A DNA stretch of 64,000 bases from an uncultured virus (IMG/VR IMGVR_UViG_3300020173_001350) (lineage: Duplodnaviria; Heunggongvirae; Uroviricota; Caudoviricetes). Position numbers and translations under genes: made by a program. The stretch's first letter is position 1; each line of letters opens with the position of its first letter. The DNA lies in IMG/VR virus record IMGVR_UViG_3300020173_001350; one strand, 5' to 3'. The notes below the pieces were generated by a model that worked only from the letters and a program-made list of their open reading frames with translations, searched no databases and was not told where the DNA came from. Shown in pieces: positions 1-10,431 of the stretch.

Positions 1-425
1 TCTTGTGAACCTGGATAACGCCATGCCCATGTAACAATCAATGTAAACGTAATAAACAAATATAATGTTGCCATTACATTCCCAGTACCAAAATACATAA
101 ATGCTAAAGATGTCGACATAACTGCAACCATTAACCATTTGGCTGCGGTTGGATATACTCTGTACTTTGACCAGTTTTTGACGAATGGACCAAACCGTGG
201 ATGGTTCATAATCCAATTATGTAGTCTGTCACTTGATTTAGCGAAACAAAACGTTGCGCCGAGAATTGGTGTTGACCAAGGTAGACCAGGTAGTAGCACG
301 CCGACATATGCTACACCTACTAATATAATTCCTAGACAAAACCAAAATGCCTTTTTCACTTTACTCATTTTACTATCCTTTTCCCAGATTCTTTTTCCAA
401 AGAATGCTGATTCTAATTGATTCAT
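1..425 (-). CDS. YbaN/DUF454-family inner membrane protein (3' end beyond window; alternative start 368)
   Basis: Not in ORF track; hand translation ...KAFWFCLGIILVGVAYVGVLLPGLPWSTPILGATFCFAKSSDRLHNWIMNHPRFGP matches DUF454 pattern (LPGLP..P, FAKSS.RLH.W..NHP.FG); ATGA overlap with upstream ORF. Confidence 0.8.
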   Translation of the reverse strand, partial: MNQLESAFFGKRIWEKDSKMSKVKKAFWFCLGIILVGVAYVGVLLPGLPWSTPILGATFCFAKSSDRLHNWIMNHPRFGPFVKNWSKYRVYPTAAKWLMVAVMSTSLAFMYFGTGNVMATLYLFITFTLIVTWAWRYPGSQ

Positions 426-622
426 TCTTCTTCCTGTTCCCAATATCTACAATAAAAGTGTTTGCCGCAGTTGTCAATCTCTTTCTGCGGATAACCTTCG
501 CTCAACAACCAAGGAAAGATACTCTCATTTTCGCCTAAGTCTGCTGGCAACGGTTTAGGAAATCCATACTTCCAACCACTAGGAGGATCACACATTGTTA
601 CTTTCATAATCCTAAACTCCAC
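422..622 (-). CDS. hypothetical small phage protein (DPPSGWKYGFPK motif)
   Basis: ORF tightly packed between hemA and DUF454 gene. Confidence 0.65.
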   Translation of the reverse strand: MEFRIMKVTMCDPPSGWKYGFPKPLPADLGENESIFPWLLSEGYPQKEIDNCGKHFYCRYWEQEEE

Positions 623-625
623 ACA

Positions 626-1825
626 TTACTTAAATAATACATTCTTTAAAGCACTCACTAGCTCAACCATCATGGTATCTGTATGATAAGGGGTTGGAGC
701 TATTCGTAATCTTTCAGTACCTGACTCAACCGTCGGACTATTTATCGGCTGAATATAAATTCCATAATCGTTTAGTAGCTTATCGCTTGCGGTTTTACAT
801 TTAAACGCGTCGTTAATCATCACGGGAACAATATGTGTACAAGAGTTTTCGTGTACTTTGATTTCAGCGTGATTAAGCATATGTTTAAGCTGATTAGCTT
901 TTTTCTGATGCTCGCGGCGAAGCCAATCATGATCTTTTAAATATTTAATTGATGCAATAGCGCCTGCACACATTACTGGTGATATTGAAGTTGTAAAAAT
1001 AAATCCACTTGCAACAGATCTAATAGCGTCAATTATTTTCTGATTTCCACTGATATATCCACCTTGTACACCAAATGCTTTACCAAGTGTACCATTAATA
1101 ATATCAATATCATCAGAATATAAATTAAGGTGCTCACAATAGCCCGCGCCTGTAGGCCCATATAGGCCCACAGCGTGCACTTCGTCTATATATGTAATAG
1201 CGCTATATTTCTTTGCGAGTTCGACTATATCTTTAATAGGAGCTATATCACCATCCATAGAATAAACAGACTCAAATAAAATACACGGCGTCTGTTTAGC
1301 TTTCACTGCTTTTTTCAAACAATTTTCTAAATCTTCCATATCATTGTGTTTAAAAATAATTTTATCTGCACGACTATGTTTAACACCCATAATCAGTGAT
1401 GCGTGGTTTTTATTATCTGAAACAAAACATATGTTTGGAATGATACGCGATAAAGCAATAATAGACCATTCATTTGCTACATAGGCACTACTAAATAGTA
1501 ATGCCGATTCTCTTTGATGTAACGATGCTAATTCTCTTTCTAATGTAACATGGTATTGTGAGGTTCCGCCAATATTACGAGTACCGCCGGAACCTGCACC
1601 TGTTTGGTCAAGCGCTGTATGCATCGCATCAATTACATATTGATTTTGGCCCATACCAAGATAGTCGTTAGAGCACCAATTAACTATATTTTTTGGAGCG
1701 TATTTTCCATACCAAATTGCTTTTGGAAAGTTTCCGCGCTCTCTAATAATATCATTGAATACTCTGTACCGACCATCTTTTTTAAACTCTTTGATTACTT
1801 TATCAAAATGGTGTTCATATATCAC
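626..1825 (-). CDS. hemA: 5-aminolevulinate synthase (Shemin pathway, PLP-dependent)
   Basis: Motifs [39 protein letters not shown] (PLP lysine), ERLRIAP; GTG start overlaps nrdB stop. Confidence 0.95.
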   Translation of the reverse strand: MIYEHHFDKVIKEFKKDGRYRVFNDIIRERGNFPKAIWYGKYAPKNIVNWCSNDYLGMGQNQYVIDAMHTALDQTGAGSGGTRNIGGTSQYHVTLERELASLHQRESALLFSSAYVANEWSIIALSRIIPNICFVSDNKNHASLIMGVKHSRADKIIFKHNDMEDLENCLKKAVKAKQTPCILFESVYSMDGDIAPIKDIVELAKKYSAITYIDEVHAVGLYGPTGAGYCEHLNLYSDDIDIINGTLGKAFGVQGGYISGNQKIIDAIRSVASGFIFTTSISPVMCAGAIASIKYLKDHDWLRREHQKKANQLKHMLNHAEIKVHENSCTHIVPVMINDAFKCKTASDKLLNDYGIYIQPINSPTVESGTERLRIAPTPYHTDTMMVELVSALKNVLFK

Positions 1826-2949
1826 AAACTAAATCCTTTAAATGTATCACTGGATACATCTTGTTTTGTACCGCCTTGAATGTAGGAAGTGATTTCAGTT
1901 TCCTGCGGAGCAACCTGTACGTCAGCACCTGAAATCCATTTTTGAGTCCAAGGAAGAGGGTTATTTTTAATATTGTACGGTGATTTAAGTTTTACATTTG
2001 TCATGCGTCGAGTACAGATCCACTCGATATACTGAGAAAGTAATTCAGTATTCAGACCAATCATTGAGCCATCTTTAAACAGATATTCAGCCCATTCTTT
2101 TTCCTGGTTTACAGCATCAACAAACATTTGTATACATTCTTCTTCAGTTTCCTTGGCGATTTGTTCAAAGTCTGGATCCTCTTTACGAAGGAGTTTGAGC
2201 ATCATTTGAGTAGAAGCAAGGTGTAGGTTTTCATCACGTGCAATAAGTTTAATAATTTTAGCGTTACCTTCCATCTTTTTAAGCTCAGCAAAAGCCCAAG
2301 AGCAAGCAAATGAAACATAAAAACGAACGCCTTCTAAAATGTTAACGCTCATTAATGCAAGGTATAACTGTTTCTTCATCTCATATTTATCTACTACAAC
2401 AATGTCTCCGTTGACGGCGTGTCGTCCTTCGCCAAGTAAATTGTAATAGCCCGCCATTTCAATAAGCTTATCGTAATAACCTGAAATAGCGTCAGCGCAA
2501 TTTACGATTTCTTCAATGTCCATCATTTCATCAAAGATCTTAGATGGATTTGAATAGATGTTACGAATGATATGAGTATACGAACGGCTATGGATTGTTT
2601 CAGAAAACGTCCACGTAATAATCCAGTTTTCAAGCTCAGGCAAGGATACAATTGAGCCAAAGCTTTCTGCAGGTGCGCGGCCTTGAACAGAGTCGAGCAA
2701 AATTTGTCGCTTCAAGTTAGAGGTAAAAATATGTTGTTCATGCTCAGTAAGAGCTTTAAAGTCTTTTGCATCTTGGTAAATATCAACTTCCTCTGGACGC
2801 CAAAAGAAACCAAGTTGCTTATCTGTAAGTTGGTCAAACTGTTTATACTTCAAAGTATCATAACGCTGAATTGTTGGGCCGCCTGTTGGATCCATAAAAG
2901 ATGCTACGGTAGTATGGTCTGCACGGTTGTTTACGTCAAAAACGCTCAT
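1822..2949 (-). CDS. nrdB: ribonucleotide reductase class Ia beta subunit
   Basis: [42 protein letters not shown]. Confidence 0.97.
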   Translation of the reverse strand: MSVFDVNNRADHTTVASFMDPTGGPTIQRYDTLKYKQFDQLTDKQLGFFWRPEEVDIYQDAKDFKALTEHEQHIFTSNLKRQILLDSVQGRAPAESFGSIVSLPELENWIITWTFSETIHSRSYTHIIRNIYSNPSKIFDEMMDIEEIVNCADAISGYYDKLIEMAGYYNLLGEGRHAVNGDIVVVDKYEMKKQLYLALMSVNILEGVRFYVSFACSWAFAELKKMEGNAKIIKLIARDENLHLASTQMMLKLLRKEDPDFEQIAKETEEECIQMFVDAVNQEKEWAEYLFKDGSMIGLNTELLSQYIEWICTRRMTNVKLKSPYNIKNNPLPWTQKWISGADVQVAPQETEITSYIQGGTKQDVSSDTFKGFSL

Positions 2950-2980
2950 TTAAATTTTCCTCTTTGTGTGATATGTTTAG

Positions 2981-3009
2981 ATTATAATAGGATCAGGCCC
3001 ATTTGTCAA
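2981..3009 (-). promoter_or_regulatory. sigma70-type promoter for nrdB-hemA unit
   Basis: TTGACA-17 nt-TATAAT on minus strand, perfect consensus. Confidence 0.8.
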
Positions 3010-3011
3010 CA

Positions 3012-5318
3012 TTAAATTGTGCAACTTTCACAGGAATCGTCGTCAATTTCGCCTTGTGCGAGTTCATCATCACCAGACATTTTATCGACATCAATTTCGC
3101 CTTGACCATCGAACGTATTAAAATAATACAATTGCTTTCCACCGTACTTATAGAACATAAGTAAGTGTTGCAATAATACGCTCATTGGAATTTTTTCATC
3201 TTCAAAGAATATTGGATTATAACTTGTGTTTACTGAAATACCTTGGTCAATATATTTCTGTAGAACAGCCATAATTTTCAGATATCCTTCGGGAGACTTT
3301 TGATCCCACAATAAATCGTATTTGTTTTTCAATCTGCGAAACTCTGGTACAACCTGCTTCAACACGCCATGCTTAGATTGCTTGACTGAGATTAAAGAAC
3401 GAGGTGGTTCTATGCCGTTTGTGGCGTTGGCAACCTGGGCACTCGTCTCTGATGGCATAAGGGCCATTAGTGTAGAGTTGCGAATACCAGTTTCTTTCAA
3501 CTGCTTACGAAGACCTTTCCAATCCATACGCTCTTGATGCTTAACCAATTCATTAAGATCTTTTTTGTATGTCTGGTTTGGAGTAATGCCATGACCATAT
3601 TTAGTTTCCATTAGACCTGAAACTGGAATAGCACCCTGTTCTACAGCCAAATCAGCTGAAGCTTTAATGAGGTAATAGGACCAAGCTTCAGCATATTCAT
3701 CAATAAGACCAAGACCTTCTGTTGTAATGTCTTGGTACGATAAATCGTGCTTAGCCATCCAATAGGCAAAGTTAATAATACCAACTCCAATAGGACGACG
3801 TTTTTCTGTAGAAAGCTGAGCAGCTAGGATAGGATAATTCTGATATGATAACAAAGCATCTAAACCACGAACAGCGAGGGTGCATGCTTTTTCAAAGTCG
3901 GCCGGTGTTTTTACGTTACCCCAGTTAATAGCAGACAAAGTACAAAGACTGATTTCACCTTCAGGATCATTTACGTCGTTTAGCGGTTTAGTTGGTAAAT
4001 CAATTTCAGCACAAAGATTTGATTGACGAATCGGTGCAACCTCTGGTAAAAACGATCCATGGTCGTTTGCGTTATCAACGTTTTGCAAATAGATACGACC
4101 CGTGTTTTTACGCTCTTCCATAAAAGAACTGAATAGCTGAGATGCTGAAATTGTCTTTTTACGCAGACGAGTATTTCGTTCTGCTGTTTCATATAGCTCA
4201 CGGAATTTATCCTGATCTGCATAAAAGGCGTCATATAAACCAGGCACATCACTCGGTGAAAACAAAGTAATATTACCACCGGTAATTAGGCGCTCATACA
4301 TCAATTTGTTGAATTGAACACCATAATCCATATGACGAACACGATTGTCTTCTGTACCTTTATTATTTTTCAATACAAGAAGATCCTCGACCTCATAGTG
4401 CCAAATAGGATAATAGATCGTAGCCGCACCACCACGAACACCACCTTGAGAACAAGATTTAGTCGCAGCCTGGAACATCTTATAAAACGGAATTATTCCT
4501 GTATGATAGGCGTCACCTTTACGAATGGGGGTTCCAATAGCTCGGATGCTCCCTCCACCAATTCCGATTCCTGCTTTTTGGGAAACGTATTTAACAATAG
4601 ATGAACTAGTAGCATTAATGCTATCGAGACTATCGCCGGTTTCGATAAGGACGCAAGAAGAGAATTGTCTTTGCGGAGTACGAACACCTGCCATAACAGG
4701 AGTAGGCAAGCTAATATCGTGTAGAGAAATGGCGTCATAATAGTCCTTTACATATTGCATCCGAGTTTCTTTTGGATATGAATTAAATAATACGGCAGCA
4801 ATCAAAATATAACACATTTGAGGTGTTTCAAAAATCTCACCGGTAACGCGATTTTGGCAAAGGTATTTACCACGAAGTTGTTCCATAGCAACATACGTCA
4901 AGTCTTCATCGCGAGCATGCTTTACAAAACTATTAATTTTATCCCACTCATCATCGTTATAATATGTAATGAGTTCAGGATCGTAAAAACCTAATTCAAT
5001 ATTACGTTCAACTAATTCTTTTACAGAGCAAGGCTCATAACCGTTATAAACTTCTTTACGAAGGCCGTAGTTAATCAGTCTACCACCAACATATTGGTAA
5101 TTAGGATTTTCATCATCAATCAAGTCAGAGGCGGCTTTAATTAAAGTTTCTTGGATTTCTTTTGTTGTAATACCATTAAAAAATTGAATTTGACTTTTAA
5201 TTTCAACTTCGCTCGGGCTTACACCAGTAATATTATCGCACGCATGGAAAACAACTTTGTGGAGTTTTTCTACGTCTAAAATTTCTTTAGTGCCATCTCT
5301 TTTAGTGACTTGAATCAT
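3012..5318 (-). CDS. nrdA: ribonucleotide reductase class Ia alpha subunit
   Basis: N-terminal ATP cone (VTKRDG), FSSCVL, SNLCAEI, C-terminal CESC. Confidence 0.97.
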   Translation of the reverse strand: MIQVTKRDGTKEILDVEKLHKVVFHACDNITGVSPSEVEIKSQIQFFNGITTKEIQETLIKAASDLIDDENPNYQYVGGRLINYGLRKEVYNGYEPCSVKELVERNIELGFYDPELITYYNDDEWDKINSFVKHARDEDLTYVAMEQLRGKYLCQNRVTGEIFETPQMCYILIAAVLFNSYPKETRMQYVKDYYDAISLHDISLPTPVMAGVRTPQRQFSSCVLIETGDSLDSINATSSSIVKYVSQKAGIGIGGGSIRAIGTPIRKGDAYHTGIIPFYKMFQAATKSCSQGGVRGGAATIYYPIWHYEVEDLLVLKNNKGTEDNRVRHMDYGVQFNKLMYERLITGGNITLFSPSDVPGLYDAFYADQDKFRELYETAERNTRLRKKTISASQLFSSFMEERKNTGRIYLQNVDNANDHGSFLPEVAPIRQSNLCAEIDLPTKPLNDVNDPEGEISLCTLSAINWGNVKTPADFEKACTLAVRGLDALLSYQNYPILAAQLSTEKRRPIGVGIINFAYWMAKHDLSYQDITTEGLGLIDEYAEAWSYYLIKASADLAVEQGAIPVSGLMETKYGHGITPNQTYKKDLNELVKHQERMDWKGLRKQLKETGIRNSTLMALMPSETSAQVANATNGIEPPRSLISVKQSKHGVLKQVVPEFRRLKNKYDLLWDQKSPEGYLKIMAVLQKYIDQGISVNTSYNPIFFEDEKIPMSVLLQHLLMFYKYGGKQLYYFNTFDGQGEIDVDKMSGDDELAQGEIDDDSCESCTI

Positions 5319-5362
5319 GTTATTTCCTTCGTCTATTTTTCGGCTAGAGTTATATTTATCTA

Positions 5363-6031
5363 TTAGTTTTTAATAAATTGTTCAGTTGCTGGAAATATTT
5401 TTGAAATAGCTTTTGCACATTCAATTGCAATATCCATATGTTCCTTTTGTGTACCATTGGCTGAGCGCAGTTCAATATAATGGATCCATGAACGAATAGA
5501 ACCCTGCATATACAAACGGCTGATCGTGTTACCTTCAGGTAATACCGCCCGGGCTTGTTCTTTAGCAATACCATTTTCAATAGCCCATTTGTATGCGTCT
5601 TCTGCGGCACGAATAACTTCGCCTTGTTTTGAATCCCACATCATTTGCAAACGTTCGTCATCGGTGTCAATACTGTTTTGGCGATTTTTAGTATCCTGTA
5701 GTCGTGCTTCACGCAACACAAATTGTTTACCCATAAGAGCAGGATCTGCATATCGTTGGCTAAACTCTTGGAATGCAAATGAACGGTGGCGCAGCATTTG
5801 ACGTGCAATGTCTCGTGTTGTTTCAATTTCCATGGTAGCATTAGCCATTTCAAATGGAGACCAATGAGCATGCTTAGCAAGGTAAGCTAACAGCTTAGGC
5901 GCTGTTTCTTGGTTTAACTGATTTGTTGGGTTTGAAACGCGCGCACAATATGCAATCAAGTCTTGTACATCGTCTAAACCAATAAACTCACCGGCAACAG
6001 GTTGAGTATAACCAATCAATTTAATTTTCAT
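5363..6031 (-). CDS. thyX: FAD-dependent thymidylate synthase
   Basis: HWSPFE, RHRSFAFQEFSQRY, AKEQARAVLP, TQKEH. Confidence 0.95.
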   Translation of the reverse strand: MKIKLIGYTQPVAGEFIGLDDVQDLIAYCARVSNPTNQLNQETAPKLLAYLAKHAHWSPFEMANATMEIETTRDIARQMLRHRSFAFQEFSQRYADPALMGKQFVLREARLQDTKNRQNSIDTDDERLQMMWDSKQGEVIRAAEDAYKWAIENGIAKEQARAVLPEGNTISRLYMQGSIRSWIHYIELRSANGTQKEHMDIAIECAKAISKIFPATEQFIKN

Positions 6032-6043
6032 TTTTTAATTTCC

Positions 6044-7051
6044 TTATGATTTGCGCCAGGCGCTAAGTTTCAATTCTGCTACCAAACCTTGGTAAATATT
6101 TTCTTCTATCATTTTTTCTGGATCGTATCCTTTTAGATAGATGTCATTAATGTCTTTTGCAGGAACGTTATCAGGCCATATACAAATTTTATAACCGGCT
6201 TTGATTACTTTTTCCATGCGCGCGCATATTTCTTTATTGCGTGGCTCTGCATCAAATACATATATCGCATTTTCATCTGCTGAATTGCCATTACCTTCAG
6301 CACCATTCATAGATATAGCATTTTCAATAAAGAAACTATCTATGGCGCCTTCAACAATATAGTAAGGTTGTGAGAAGTCAACTTTGTCAAGTCCAAAAAT
6401 CTTTGGCCTTTCTTCAAACATTATAGTTATATATCTAATTCCGTTAGGATCAAATCCACGCGCAGAGACACCAAAGCACTTTCCATTTTCATCCATAAAA
6501 GGTATTACTAGACGAGGCTCATCTTTGCCAACATTAGGAAACTTATTTGGAATTATTTCATTAATCCATGTTTTAAATTTCTTAGCATAATATAAACGGT
6601 AATGATGTTGCGGAGGTATTTTGCGCTTTTCAATATACCTTTTAATAGGATGGTCGTGTTTAAGCTGACTTACTTTTTTAATTTTTAATAGTGGGTTTTT
6701 CTGATTAAAGGTTGGCGACTTAGTCTTAAATTGATTATCATCAGTGGTTGACTTGATAGTATTATTAGCTTTACCAACAAACTTATCTGCAATATAATCA
6801 TTATATAATTGTTGGTCTTGCCCCTTTAGAAAGTAAGAGAAGCCCTGAGAAGCACCGCAATTATGACAATAATAGGAAAACTTATTGTCACGTTCTAACA
6901 GCCATCCACGGGCCTTAGATCGGCTCTTTTGCGAATCACCACAAATAGGACACCGAAAATTAATTTTATACGGATTCGTATTGCGTATCTTGAAGTTATC
7001 AAGTCGCCCGGATAACATCTGCGCATATTGAATGTCTACAAAATCTACCAT
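6044..7051 (-). CDS. gp61: DNA primase (T4 gp61-like)
   Basis: CPICGDS...CHNC zinc ribbon, RLVIPF, VEGAIDSFF, KDIND TOPRIM motifs. Confidence 0.95.
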   Translation of the reverse strand: MVDFVDIQYAQMLSGRLDNFKIRNTNPYKINFRCPICGDSQKSRSKARGWLLERDNKFSYYCHNCGASQGFSYFLKGQDQQLYNDYIADKFVGKANNTIKSTTDDNQFKTKSPTFNQKNPLLKIKKVSQLKHDHPIKRYIEKRKIPPQHHYRLYYAKKFKTWINEIIPNKFPNVGKDEPRLVIPFMDENGKCFGVSARGFDPNGIRYITIMFEERPKIFGLDKVDFSQPYYIVEGAIDSFFIENAISMNGAEGNGNSADENAIYVFDAEPRNKEICARMEKVIKAGYKICIWPDNVPAKDINDIYLKGYDPEKMIEENIYQGLVAELKLSAWRKS

Positions 7052-7108
7052 AATATATAAAGTTCCACATTGATTATAAGATTATAATAACACCTAAGTG
7101 TTATAATG

Positions 7109-7597
7109 TCAACCGAAAAGTGAAGGCCAGTTAATTCTTGCCACCAATAATATAATTACAAAACCAATACCCATCATATAATAACGCCAGTTCTCAAGAT
7201 GATTAATCTTTTTTTGTTGGTCGTTAATTCTTTGATGTACAGCTGTTTCCATGCGGTCAATTCTGTCTAATATTTCTTTTACATTAGCGGTTCGTTTATC
7301 AGCGTTATGATCTGCTAAACGTTGATGATCATCTCTTGAAGATCGTCTATACTCTTCAAGCCGATCTGAAAGAACATTCATTCTCAATTCGTCAGTTTTT
7401 TTCGTTTCTTCGCAAAGTTTTTCTACGACTTCTAATTTATCTTTAGTGTTATCTAGCACTTCATTTTGAACAGCAACGTTTTTAGACAGTTCTGCCATCA
7501 TGTCCATAGAATCTTCAACTCTGTTAAAGAATTTTTGTATTTGTTTGATATCCGATTTTATTAGGGCGATATCTGTTTCCCAATTAGATCCTGCCAA
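7109..7597 (-). CDS. coiled-coil protein with C-terminal transmembrane helix; possible lysis/holin-related
   Basis: Heptad-rich body, hydrophobic C-terminus, directly downstream of the spanins. Confidence 0.45.
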   Translation of the reverse strand: MAGSNWETDIALIKSDIKQIQKFFNRVEDSMDMMAELSKNVAVQNEVLDNTKDKLEVVEKLCEETKKTDELRMNVLSDRLEEYRRSSRDDHQRLADHNADKRTANVKEILDRIDRMETAVHQRINDQQKKINHLENWRYYMMGIGFVIILLVARINWPSLFG

Positions 7598-7624
7598 TGT
7601 CCCCAGCCTTTTTTATGATTAAAT

Positions 7625-7654
7625 AAAAAAAAGGAAACAAACTATGCTCCCTTT
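7625..7654 (-). terminator. intrinsic terminator after o-spanin
   Basis: AAAGGGAGCA-loop-TGTTTCCTTT followed by a U-run on minus strand. Confidence 0.55.
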
Positions 7655-7687
7655 GTATGTATCACAAAACTATAGTATTGTCAATAT

Positions 7688-8062
7688 TTATTCTTTTAAA
7701 GCTTCCTCATAGTAAAGAATTATTGCTTTTTGTTCATTAATATAACGACGCAGCTCACCGATACCAATAGCAAGATTTTCGTATCCTTTAGGACCAACAG
7801 CAAAAACTACAAAGTTACCAGTTTGACCTTTAAGTTCTTCCATTTTTTCATCAATATTTTCTTCAGTAATAACGCTCCACTCAACAGGTGGAAACTCTAC
7901 CTTAGGAGGTCTAGCTTGAATTGGAATATTTTGTTTTTGATATTCAGTCTGAACTACTACTGTCGGTTCCGGTGTCCTCAGTCCGCACGCTGTCAGTGCT
8001 AGACTCGTCACCAGGAGCAGTAGTATCTTCAGCGATGTCTTGGATAAGTCTATCAACTGCAC
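7688..8062 (-). CDS. o-spanin-like outer-membrane lipoprotein (Rz1-like)
   Basis: Signal peptide with lipobox LTAC, Pro-rich linker, overlaps i-spanin 3' end. Confidence 0.75.
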   Translation of the reverse strand: MQLIDLSKTSLKILLLLVTSLALTACGLRTPEPTVVVQTEYQKQNIPIQARPPKVEFPPVEWSVITEENIDEKMEELKGQTGNFVVFAVGPKGYENLAIGIGELRRYINEQKAIILYYEEALKE

Positions 8063-8390
8063 GCTGTACCCTTTCCTCTAAGTTATCAGGATCCTGTAAG
8101 GCTTCCATAGTTAAATCAATGCGCGCGAATTTGTTCCGCAAAGTATTAAGATACTCGCGTGATTCGGCTAATTGTTTGGTAAGGTTTTGATTGAGCTCTT
8201 CGTTACGTTTAGCATCTGCAACCATTGTGTCTACTGTATTTTGCAGAGTTTCAGTTGCAGATACTAATTTAACGTTATTTTCACGAAGAGTGGTAATAGT
8301 CGCCTGGGACCATTCATAATAATTTTTAGCCCCATACCCTACACCACCAACGATACCTAGTACAATGACTAAAAGATATAATTTAGCCAT
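7944..8390 (-). CDS. i-spanin-like protein (Rz-like)
   Basis: N-terminal TM helix plus long coiled coil, overlapping lipoprotein gene, near endolysin. Confidence 0.75.
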   Translation of the reverse strand: MAKLYLLVIVLGIVGGVGYGAKNYYEWSQATITTLRENNVKLVSATETLQNTVDTMVADAKRNEELNQNLTKQLAESREYLNTLRNKFARIDLTMEALQDPDNLEERVQRAVDRLIQDIAEDTTAPGDESSTDSVRTEDTGTDSSSSD

Positions 8391-8396
8391 AGCTAA

Positions 8397-8612
8397 TTAT
8401 TTTTTATCCTCATCTTCGTCTTCGTCATCATCCTCGTCTTCGTCGTCCTCGTCGTCATCTTCATCTTCGTCATCCGCTTCAGCTTTCATAGCTTTTTTAT
8501 ACTTTTCTTCTAAAGCAGCTTGGATGCGCAATTGCATTTCTTCTTCGAACGCTTCTTTCATTTCTAATGGCTTATTTTCGAGAGCCAATTGTGCGATTTT
8601 TTCTAAAGACAT
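8397..8612 (-). CDS. prohead core protein, T4 gp67-like
   Basis: 71 aa, helical N-terminus plus long D/E tail as in T4 gp67; late promoter upstream. Confidence 0.6.
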   Translation of the reverse strand: MSLEKIAQLALENKPLEMKEAFEEEMQLRIQAALEEKYKKAMKAEADDEDEDDDEDDEDEDDDEDEDEDKK

Positions 8613-8642
8613 TTTTTTATCTCCTATTGGGTTTGTATAGTC

Positions 8643-8650
8643 TATTTATA
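8643..8650 (-). promoter_or_regulatory. T4-type late promoter
   Basis: TATAAATA upstream of gp67-like gene and spanins. Confidence 0.7.
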
Positions 8651-9502
8651 TTATTTAAACATTTTGGCTTGGGTTGCAGGACCAACGATACCGTCAGCAA
8701 CTAGGCCATTAAGTTTTTGCCATTTTTTAACTGATGTTAGCGTACCGAAACCAAAGTCTCCATCTGCAGTAATACCTAAAGCTTTCTGCATTGCAGCAAC
8801 ATCGTCGCCTTTCATACCTTTACGTAATGTACGACTTCCTGTTGATGTAGCTTCCTTTTTAGGTGTTGGGATTTCTCCACCAAGAATAGCTAACGCTTCT
8901 TCCCAACGACGTGTACGATCTTCAAGTCCAATAGTACCACCATTAATCTTTTTGGTTAATCCTTTGATGTCACCATTGTCGGCCCATTTGTCAAGTTTGT
9001 TTGTTGCCCAGAACCAACAAGCTGACTCGAGAGCTCCTCGTTCGGTTGCAACATAGTCTGCTGCTTCTTCAGCAGTCATACCTACAGTCTTGCCGAATGC
9101 TGTATAATTATTACGGCCAGTGAGCTGCTTAATACCCCTGCCGCGGAATCTCCAACCATCGCCATCTTCCACATTTCCCATTGCGCCTCGTTTACTTCTG
9201 AATTCATCTTGATAAACGTAGTTTGCAATTTTTTCAGGATTTCTAGCATATTCTTTAGCATCTCTTTTGCCCTTTCCGAAATAACGGCCAAAGACTGAGT
9301 TGAGCGCTTTTTCGCTATAATTTAAATTTTCTTCAAGCCTAGTAAAGTCTAATGACTCGTGAGCACATTGTGCCATAAACCCTGCGATTCGATTTGTTGT
9401 AGTAATATCGTATTTTTCAAATGCAGGCACCGCAGCGTCATACCACGCTTCAGGATTTTTATTCTTTGGAATCATTGCAGTAAATTGTTCTAATGTAATC
9501 AT
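8651..9502 (-). CDS. endolysin: GH19 chitinase/lysozyme domain plus C-terminal peptidoglycan-binding domain
   Basis: AQCAHES, ENLNYS, FRGRGIKQLTGRNNY, TKKINGG; PG-binding DGDFG...DGIVGPAT. Confidence 0.92.
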   Translation of the reverse strand: MITLEQFTAMIPKNKNPEAWYDAAVPAFEKYDITTTNRIAGFMAQCAHESLDFTRLEENLNYSEKALNSVFGRYFGKGKRDAKEYARNPEKIANYVYQDEFRSKRGAMGNVEDGDGWRFRGRGIKQLTGRNNYTAFGKTVGMTAEEAADYVATERGALESACWFWATNKLDKWADNGDIKGLTKKINGGTIGLEDRTRRWEEALAILGGEIPTPKKEATSTGSRTLRKGMKGDDVAAMQKALGITADGDFGFGTLTSVKKWQKLNGLVADGIVGPATQAKMFK

Positions 9503-10428
9503 TGTTTAGGTACTCCCATAATATCTCTTAATCTTTTTTTCTTGTCTGATTTATTACCTGATGTCCATTTCTTTTGACCGGCTTTTGACATATGACCGCC
9601 ATCCATACCTGCAATGTTACCACCGCTTACGTTATTTGCTGGAGCATCTTCTTCGATTTCTGGTTTTGTATCAACCTTATTTGACATTGATCCGGATTTA
9701 ACAACACCAGACTTTTTAATTTTATTGATAAGTTTTAAAGCGCGCATATTAGTAGCCGACTCAACAACCTTTTTACCTTTGGAGTCATATTTACCCATTT
9801 CCATTACTTTCTCTTTCGCATACCATTGTGGGCTAAATGTTTCGTGCCATTCCCAATCACGTGAGCGTTTATCCCATTCCATAACTTTCCATTCACCTTT
9901 ATGGCGTTCGTCTTGGTCAAGTTGTTTTTCGATTTTGAAACGGCGACCAGTTGGGAAAGTAATTTCTTTCTCACCATTTGGTCCAGCCTTTTTCCATCTG
10001 GGAGGTTGTACTTTACGGGCTTCATTTAACGATTCGTCAAAAAAACCCTTGACATCTTCTGAAAGTGTGGTATAATGGTTATAACCAATACAAAATAAAT
10101 CTATGCTTTCATTAATCTGTTCTTCAGTTAATGTTTCTAATTCAGAATCATCTGTAAAAGCTTTATGTTCTCTAATTAAGTAAAGAGCTGCAGCATATGA
10201 CGCTAGTCTAGAACTACCTCCTGGTACCTTAGCAAGTAACTTCTTCATATTAGCAACCATAATATCAAAGACACCAAACGCCTTTCTTTGTTTGGCATCT
10301 CGGTCTTTTTTCTTTATAAGGATATTGCCTTTATCATCAATTATACCTTGTTCATAAGCTTCCCATTTATTAAATGGTGTTGCTAATCTTCTGACAAATT
10401 GATATACTAAAAATAGATCAACGACCAT
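9499..10428 (-). CDS. conserved T4-like phage hypothetical protein (probable head-associated)
   Basis: N-terminus YQFVRRLATPF.KWEAY..GIID.KG typical of T4-like phages; internal LxE sites. Confidence 0.6.
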   Translation of the reverse strand: MVVDLFLVYQFVRRLATPFNKWEAYEQGIIDDKGNILIKKKDRDAKQRKAFGVFDIMVANMKKLLAKVPGGSSRLASYAAALYLIREHKAFTDDSELETLTEEQINESIDLFCIGYNHYTTLSEDVKGFFDESLNEARKVQPPRWKKAGPNGEKEITFPTGRRFKIEKQLDQDERHKGEWKVMEWDKRSRDWEWHETFSPQWYAKEKVMEMGKYDSKGKKVVESATNMRALKLINKIKKSGVVKSGSMSNKVDTKPEIEEDAPANNVSGGNIAGMDGGHMSKAGQKKWTSGNKSDKKKRLRDIMGVPKQ

Positions 10429-10431
10429 AGG

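Noticed and set aside
8365..8640. Poly-Ser ORF / trinucleotide-like repeat on plus strand
   Set aside because: Antisense shadow of the Asp/Glu tail of the gp67-like gene.
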